NCBI RefSeq assembly: GCF_000150275.1
Contig: NW_002060947.1
Location: 2,920,621 to 2,984,620 of the forward strand
DNA from: Trichoplax adhaerens
Lineage: Eukaryota > Animalia > Placozoa
Direction: 5' to 3'
DNA length: 64,000 bases
Of this stretch, positions 56,281 to 64,000 are shown in pieces. Both the position numbers and the translations under genes were made by a program. The first letter of the stretch is position 1. Every line of letters starts with the position of its first letter. The notes under the pieces were generated by a model. The model was not told where the DNA came from, made no database searches, and was given only the letters and a program-made list of their open reading frames with translations.

Positions 56281-57104
56281 TCTCGAAGTATATGCAATAA
56301 CTTCCATTCGCCGCCTTCGTATCGAAGTTGATTTCAGGTAAATACAGTATCGGTATAGCACAAAGACTAATTTTCTAGTCTAATGACAATACGTTGCAAT
56401 ACTGTATCCATGAGTAGTTTTCATTCTCTCTGTTTGATTACATGCAATGATCTCATGGCTTGACAATTCTTAAATTTGCTGAATTGATGATTTCAAATCC
56501 AAGCCCTGGCAATAATGTCGTTATTACCAAAGCACAACATTGGCTATTACGTTATTATTACACATACAGTACAGTACAGTATGCGCATGCAAATTACAAA
56601 GGTTACAAGACGTTACTATCAAAGGTCAAAGGCTTGCTGATGCTAAAGTTGAAATATTTCTTATACTTGCAGTAGCTGAAATTGCATTGCAAAGATTCGA
56701 CGTACTTTTAGTTTGGTTAAAGATACTAAATTCTGTGCTAGATCATTACAAATATAGCTAAGGGGATAATATTAAGCAAAATAAATCAATGAATACTTAA
56801 CTGCAATAACTTTGTTAATAGCGTAGACTAGAGTATAGATTACTGCTATAAACGTCATCAATAAGATTCCGGAGCATAATGACGTTTATACGTAGTATGT
56901 GTCAATATAATATAAAATAATATAAATGCAACTGCAGTAAGTGAACGATGGTAATGATGACGATGTTTTACTGACAAAAAAATCGAATTCAGTATATATT
57001 ATACATATCGTACCACAAGTAATTTCTTCCATAGGAGATGCTAATTGTTGTAGTTCGATTTCTGATTTACCTAACAGTAATTAACTTTATTGTTGGCAAA
57101 CTTG

Positions 57105-58050
57105 GCATACAGTACTGTACTGTAGTCAAAATTTACATACGATTCTCCATCGTTACACTGCGCATACTATGCTGTACAGTACACTAGTGTACTGTACGGT
57201 ACATTGACTCAGCATTTTACTGTACTGTACTGCACAGAACTGAACCCTGAGTTTACAGTGTACACTGTACAGTACAGTACTGTACTCTATTTCACCGCTG
57301 TGTACTGTACAGTACAGTACTGCAACATAAACTTTCTGCTGAGTCTTGCTTTTTTTCTCGAGAAGATACGAGTAAAATAAAATCTATTTCATCCAGATCA
57401 ACTGTATATTGTATAATATACATATCGGACACATCCTTTGCGAGTATACCATCCGGTAACATTACATCGTACTGCTTAGAAGAATACAGTACAATATTAC
57501 GAGATAAAATGTCACTTTCTATAATAATCACTAATAGACCCCTCGCTCGTTACACTACGCATATTATACCGTATACTGTACTCACTCATACAATACAGAT
57601 GGCAGTGAATCTCCATTCTAACTCAAATGTGCCAAGTTAGCGTAAATAACTTGTTTGACAGTGGGTGATGGTAAATCTATGTCGCTGTATCTATGGGTAT
57701 GCGCTACAGCCACGACTTGATTCAGAGTCAATTGCACTAGAGAGACCATTGTTGACAACCTATCTCGATTTGCACTATCAATATTAATTAATAAATACTG
57801 TACACAAGCCAAAAAGGCACAGCGTACTCAGCAGTCAGCACTTTTGTCAGACATACAGTAGTACACCGTAGAAATTTCTAGAGCTCAATTAGCGTGTACT
57901 GTACTTTACTGTACAGTACTAACAGTACAATACACTGTCAGATTGTCAGTCGCCACCCATAAAGGTTTTTTCTTACCTCTGTGGTCCCGTCCCACCATTG
58001 AAAGCTGCCATATAGTACTGTCATGTCTAACAGTACAGGACTGTACGTGT
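57105..58050. repeat. TACAG/TACTG clusters in the divergent SERHL-B/TENT5 intergenic region
   Basis: Clusters at ~57107-57125, ~57170-57322 and ~57895-57940. Confidence 0.8.
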
Positions 58051-58203
58051 CTAGCGTAAAAGGCATACAGGATATGATGCCGACACTCAGCCAGCATTAG
58101 AATGAATCTAATCTATTTAAAGAAAACAATGATCGCAAGGCATGCCGGGATTGCCAGGGGGTTGGACGAATTCTCTATTCAAACATTCAATCAACATTAT
58201 TAG

Positions 58204-58288
58204 CCAATCACTTCCGCTATCTATCATTATGAATGCATTTCTATAAATAAACGTCTGTTGTTGCTATGCAATAATACACCCGACCAAT
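58204..58288 (+). promoter_or_regulatory. Pair of CCAAT (NF-Y-type) boxes upstream of TENT5
   Basis: tagCCAATca (58204) and cgaCCAATga (58284), both in an RRCCAAT(C/G)R context. Confidence 0.35.
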
Positions 58289-58831
58289 GAACATCGTGAT
58301 TGCGATTTCATTGAATAATTGATTATTTTCTTTTATCGACACTATTTGTATATTAAAGCAATTTAGTATTTGAACATTTTATTTGCGACTATCCCCCTTA
58401 TAGACTTACTTGTGGACGATTTGACATTTTTAGAGCGATTTGAAGCAGACTTTTCCGTCATTTTTATCGTCAAACTTTTCAACATTGTAGAAAGTTGCAT
58501 TTGTCACTTGTTCAATTATTAGTCAGGAATTGAATTTCTGCTAGCCTTATCAATCGATAACTTCCAACTTCAATAGGCGTAAAAGTATCAGTAATTCAAA
58601 AAAAAGTAAGAGAGAAAAAAATATAGAATTGTACCACGGTGCCTAAAAGTTGAGTTGTTGTTCGGGCAAGTTTTTTTTTAATAGCATATTTGCATCTGTA
58701 CGCGAGTGAGGAACACGATATTCTTGTGTCATTGGATATTATCTCATTTGAAACATCATCTGCAAGCAAATTGACAATCGTGTACTGTTGCTATTTTCCA
58801 AACGTCAAGAATAACTTGCTGCGATTATATT

Positions 58832-60112
58832 ATGGCTAACTCTCATATATTGGATTATGATCAAGTCAGTCGGTTGGACGAAATTTTGACTCAAGTGATA
58901 TCCATCGATGGAGTTGGAAATTTTCCTTCATTGGAAGTCCGTCCATATCAATTTGTCAATTTAATATTGAAGAAACTGGCAATCCACGGTATACATTTGT
59001 ATGATGTTCGTTTGAATGGTAGTGGTGCTAGCTTCGCCTTAGGTGGTCACGAAGCGCCTACATACCACGATATCGATGTTATCTTTCGCGTCAAAATGGA
59101 TGATCAAGAAGAGATGGATAAGGTCAAGCAAATCGTTCTTGATGCCTTACTCGATTCACTACCGAATGATGTAGTCAAAGATAGATTGACTGATACAACA
59201 TTGCAGTCTGCCTATGTTCGCAAAATGGTGAAAGTGATCAAAGAAATGGATTGTTGGTCGTTAATTTCCTTGTATAATAACAACGGAAAAAATTTCGAAT
59301 TGAAATTTGTCGATCGTATGAGACGTCAATATGAATTTTCTGTCGATTCCTTTCAAATTATTTTGGATTCAATGTTGGAACATTACAAATCATCATGTTA
59401 TGAAATGTGTCGTAACATTTTTCCAACTGTTATTGGTGAATCGGTATATGGTGATTTTGCTTTGGCCTTAAGCCATCTAAAAAATCGTTATATCGTCACT
59501 CATAAACCTGAGGAAATTCGTGGTGGTGGTTTACTAAAATACTGCAATTTGTTAGTTCACGGTTTCGTGCCTATAGATACCGATCATTTGCGAAGTTTAG
59601 AACGTTATATGTGCAGTCGATTTTTTATCGATTTCGCCGATGTCCAGACACAATGGCAAAAATTACAAAGTTACGTCGCAGACCATTTTATTGGTGAAGA
59701 TCACCATAAATTGGAATTTCTAAAGACACTATACAATGTTATTGGTAATTCAACTGTTTGCTTGATGCGCCATGAACGTTGGCAAACATTGGACATGATC
59801 GATTATTTAATAGGTGAAATGTACAATACAAATGTGACACTACAATCACGTTATAATCAATATATCCCTATCAGTTATGTGCCTCAACACCAGCAACAGC
59901 GACATCCTCATACATATCGTCGCTTGAAGCAGCAGCGGTTGCAACCTGGTCCACCACAACTATTACCCGGCGCTTTACCACTTCAGCAACACTTGCAACA
60001 TCATCCGACAGCCAATCGTATACAGCAACAAACCCAATCGCTTCAGATGATGTCTATATCTTCATCAAATCTTGGCTGGCCTTCCAGCAAATGGGTACCC
60101 ATCACTTGTTAA
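58832..60112 (+). CDS. TENT5: Terminal nucleotidyltransferase 5 (FAM46 non-canonical poly(A) polymerase), intronless CDS, 426 aa
   Basis: VRLNGSGASF...DIDVIF NTase motif; WSLISLYNNNGKNFELKFVDRMRRQYEFSVDSFQI; PEEIRGGGLLKYCNLL; LERYMCSRFFIDF; STVCLMRHER; Q-rich tail. Confidence 0.97.
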   Translation: MANSHILDYDQVSRLDEILTQVISIDGVGNFPSLEVRPYQFVNLILKKLAIHGIHLYDVRLNGSGASFALGGHEAPTYHDIDVIFRVKMDDQEEMDKVKQIVLDALLDSLPNDVVKDRLTDTTLQSAYVRKMVKVIKEMDCWSLISLYNNNGKNFELKFVDRMRRQYEFSVDSFQIILDSMLEHYKSSCYEMCRNIFPTVIGESVYGDFALALSHLKNRYIVTHKPEEIRGGGLLKYCNLLVHGFVPIDTDHLRSLERYMCSRFFIDFADVQTQWQKLQSYVADHFIGEDHHKLEFLKTLYNVIGNSTVCLMRHERWQTLDMIDYLIGEMYNTNVTLQSRYNQYIPISYVPQHQQQRHPHTYRRLKQQRLQPGPPQLLPGALPLQQHLQHHPTANRIQQQTQSLQMMSISSSNLGWPSSKWVPITC

Positions 60113-63023
60113 CCAATAAGTGTTTAAACGATTCTCCTTATATTAAGTACTAGACTGTCGTAAAACAAGAAAAAATACAGATGGTAATCTATGGACATCA
60201 ATATCAATTAGGTTCATGGTATGTTTGAATAAGTGGGAAGATCTACGCTGCAACTCGTATAAATCTTACTGTTAGTTATTTACTAATCGGAACTCCTGTA
60301 ATTATTAATAGTACATCACAATAGATTGCTATTAATAATAGATGACCGATTTAGAAACTGTCATATTATTGAAACTTAGGAATGCGATATATTCCGTAAT
60401 GTAGGTACAAAAAAATTATTTTTTTATCCTTTAAACTGGTATCTTGACAAAAATTCATCAATCGTCATTAATAGATCGTGTATGTATTTTAATTATTAGA
60501 GTAATTGCTTGTGCTTTATCAAGTCCTAATTTCTTATAAAGAAACTTAAAGAATCGTTACTTGTCGAAAGATAATATCGACTTATTATGATTACATTGCA
60601 ATATAAAGGTTTTATCAATTATTACAGTTATAATTTTTATTGCACCGATTAGTATTGGCGGTGTCGACGTTATACTACTGTATCTACTCCTATCGTAATG
60701 ATCAAACGTGTAGCTTGTCTCTATACATTTGTAAATCTACTATATATGTACGTAACTATCTATCTATCTATGTATCCATACATCATAAAAACGTATAAAT
60801 ATATATATATATATATATTTTCACATATATGTGCTTGTCTAGCGCAATACTGCTTGATAACCTTTACTATAGATTATAGATATGTGGCATACATGTATGT
60901 AGTCATCATCTCTTTAGTTTAATTTTACTCATAAAGAAACTAATTTCCGCATAATTAAAAGTACTGTTCATCTGGTTTTAATCTAGTATATATATATATA
61001 CATTTATGCACAAACAATATGTATCGTTATCTTAGCTTGTCGCACTATAGCATTCATCAAGATTTAAGATTTTAAAGCTTTTGCTTACCCAGAGCAATAT
61101 GGTATGTGTCACTATTTGTACATAATTAAGCTATTGTAACCATGCTCTTTACGAAATCATTACCTAACTTTTGTCTAATTACGATGAAAGATGGAAATAG
61201 GCCGTTTACAAAGTAGGTAAAAGGATTTCAAAAGCAGCAATGTAAGAAATTGCTCCAATTTTTCTTCCCTAAAGGGTCTCTAATTCTAATTCTGCTAGCT
61301 TAATGTTTAAATCATTTTAAAAAAGTAAAACATAAAACTGGTATAAATTAAAGTTATGTAACTTGTTACTTGCTGGATCATCGCAACCATGAATACGTAA
61401 ATGAAGAACACATGGGACATGCACTAGGATTAAATTCGTGTCATCACGATAACTGTATAGCATGGATTATCGTTTTAATTTTGTTAATATTTCAAATCGA
61501 TCGATATCCGTTCAAACTATTTTTGTTTTCTTTAATCTGCCTTGTCTTATTGTTATGATTGCAAAAGATATCATCCAAGTTCATTAACCCTAGCATATCA
61601 TAGCGAAATTTAAATTTATTCTTGTCATAGTTAAACTTGTAATTATCTCTTCAAATATGTCAAGGCTTACATTCTGCTATCATCTTAATTTGCGTTATCG
61701 TAAAAGTTTTAAGTATTACTGTTATTGTCCAAGTTATAGCACCGTACTGGTGTATTAAGTTATACTTACTAAATTCTGTGTAACTATTGTACCTATTCCA
61801 TCGATTGAAAGGAATGATTACGTCCGCGCTATTGCTCTCTTATCATGTAATGATAATAATCATCGTTGTATCGTATATTATTCTAACATCGACCATTCTC
61901 AACAATTTGAAATGCACATCCATGTCATCATCTCTAGTTTGAACTAAAGCATTTTGTATTCATTTCAGTGTAACTCTCGCAGTATTTGTACAATACTTAA
62001 GGAGTACACTTCATTCGATAAGATCACAAACGGATACACAAATCTTTATGATCATGTTTATGATGCCAATAGCACTTAGCATAGATAATTTGTTTCGATC
62101 GATTATTTTGTTTTTGATGTTATTATGTGTTACATATAAAATATGTATGTAGGTTACAGTCTGTAATGCAAAATCTTAAATTATAATATTTGGAGTTGGT
62201 TAAACGAAGTTCTCTAATATAATCGATCCACTAAAATTATATGTAATTAGTGACACAATGTGATACACATGGAATGTTACTAATATATGTTACATCCATA
62301 TCTTCGAAATTGGTTTATTTTTATGTCACTAGTCATTAGTTGTGCCTATTCATGCACCATTGGGCGAAATTAAGAATGTAATTTTAAAACCGTGGAATAA
62401 TAAAAAAATTTCACATTTTAATCAATTGAGTGTCTGTAAGTGCATCGCGATAAAATAATCAAGATGCAATTTTTTCATCCTTCCACGAAATGCGGTAATC
62501 CATATTTAAATGAATCCTTTATTTTGCGTATGATTGCATGCGTAATTATTATTGGTCAATTACTATCATATCACTAAAAAATAAATTTATAGTGGAATTT
62601 GCTGACACAGTGATTTTTATTTTTTTTTGTATTTACCTACAGTACTTATTTTCACAAATTCAAACAACTTCATCTCATTATTTACTATATACCTCAATCA
62701 AAATAAACGATTACATCTGATGCTATTTTTGCAACGATCTCCTATCTTCCGCAATTGCATCATATGTACGTATAATATTAAATGACATAAATATGCTTGG
62801 AAACGGTAAAAAAACCCATTGCGAAAAATTGTTAAAATCAAGTTCAATTTAATATCCTCATTTATGTTTTTAGTTGATCAACTCAATATATGAAGGGCAG
62901 GTTAAGGCTAAGACTGGATAGCCCTAATAGCATGTTCGTATACCGTTTTAATGTTATTGTATATGTATTTCTTACTATTAGATTCATCTGTATGAATAGT
63001 TTGAAATCAAGTCGATAGACTAA

Positions 63024-63073
63024 NNNNNNNNNNNNNNNNNNNNNNNNNNNNNNNNNNNNNNNNNNNNNNNNNN
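63024..63073. other. Assembly gap (50 N)
   Basis: Run of N bases. Confidence 1.
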
Positions 63074-64000
63074 TTCTATAGATACGAACCGAGTCAGTCA
63101 AACAGTGGTACCTTACTATACTAACATTAACCAAGTCTAAGATTCAGATATATGACACCGTCCTATGAAAGTTTCTTATCTCCTCATCTGATGATGTTTA
63201 GTATTGTGTACACGCGTTTATTGCTAGTAGATTATTTTATTGTGTACTGTTTATGATGTATGAGTTTGATTGCATAATATACGAATTTAAATTGTTGATT
63301 TAGTGGTTATGGGTTACTCAGATGTATATGTATACCTTGAGTCTGACAGAGCAATTTAACTGAATAACGCTACAATATTATAGTGCTTAGCAACAGCATT
63401 TTGAAATATTCAAACATGGGGACTCCGATCTTGTTAATTAGTAAATTAGTAACTTTAAATTATTAAAATATATAATACAGCACGTACATTGCACAGCCAC
63501 TGTTAGGGTTAGGGTTATTGTACACGTATGCTAAAAAGAATCGAAAGCGACAGTGCCTAGCAGCGTTGAACAACATTTATATCGTAGAGGTATGGTATGG
63601 ACTATTAGAAGAAAATCACTAATGGTCTATGATAGAGGTAACACAATTCAGACCCTTGTTTTACCTCTATGATGTATATCGTACAATTCATCGTACCATG
63701 AATACACCTGTCCGTGATACCTAACACCGTTACATTAGTGTAATAAGGTCGACTATCTCTTATTCTGCTCTACTGCTACAGCTCACAATAAAGTTAGTCC
63801 AACTGAGCAGAGATAAAAGTCTGCTTTATTACAGTTTATAAAAATTGTAGGCTCGCGATAGGCTAGTCTAAAAATGAGAAAATATGTTTACTTCAAACTC
63901 ACTACAAGTAGTACTAGTGCTTGCGACGTATACACGGTTGAATGCTCTTGAAACGTATAAAAATTGAATGTAATGNGAAATATTTAGTAGTCCATGGTCT

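Noticed and set aside
60698-63134. Short hydrophobic ORFs downstream of TENT5
   Set aside because: They derive from (TA)n and AT-rich UTR/intergenic DNA; one spans the N gap.
63503-63517. (TTAGGG)2TTA telomere-like sequence
   Set aside because: Only two units, too short to call an interstitial telomeric repeat.

Overview
Eukaryotic, AT-rich, gene-dense animal DNA with short GT-AG introns. The compact layout, gene set and abundant TACAG/TACTG tracts suggest a placozoan (Trichoplax-like) genome; this is inference, not verified. Gene order: 3' part of an LRR-GPCR (+, at least 25 single-LRR exons and an RXFP/GRL101-type 7TM exon), ARID1/osa (+), COX17 (-, absent from the ORF track), a short ORF with a Bim-like BH3 motif and tail (-), CFAP47 (-, with an upstream RFX X-box), two tandem SERHL/kraken-like hydrolases (-) and an intronless TENT5/FAM46 (+). 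Two observations stand out. (1) A candidate BH3-only (Bim-like) apoptosis gene at 26.8-27.0 kb, with a near-perfect p53 response element about 0.9 kb away. (2) Mixed-orientation TA(CAG/CTG)TA and TA(CAGTG/CACTG)TA arrays that cluster near gene 5' ends and read as stacked Tc1/mariner-type excision footprints; two local duplications show these units added at single TA sites. Exon boundaries were read by eye and are approximate.
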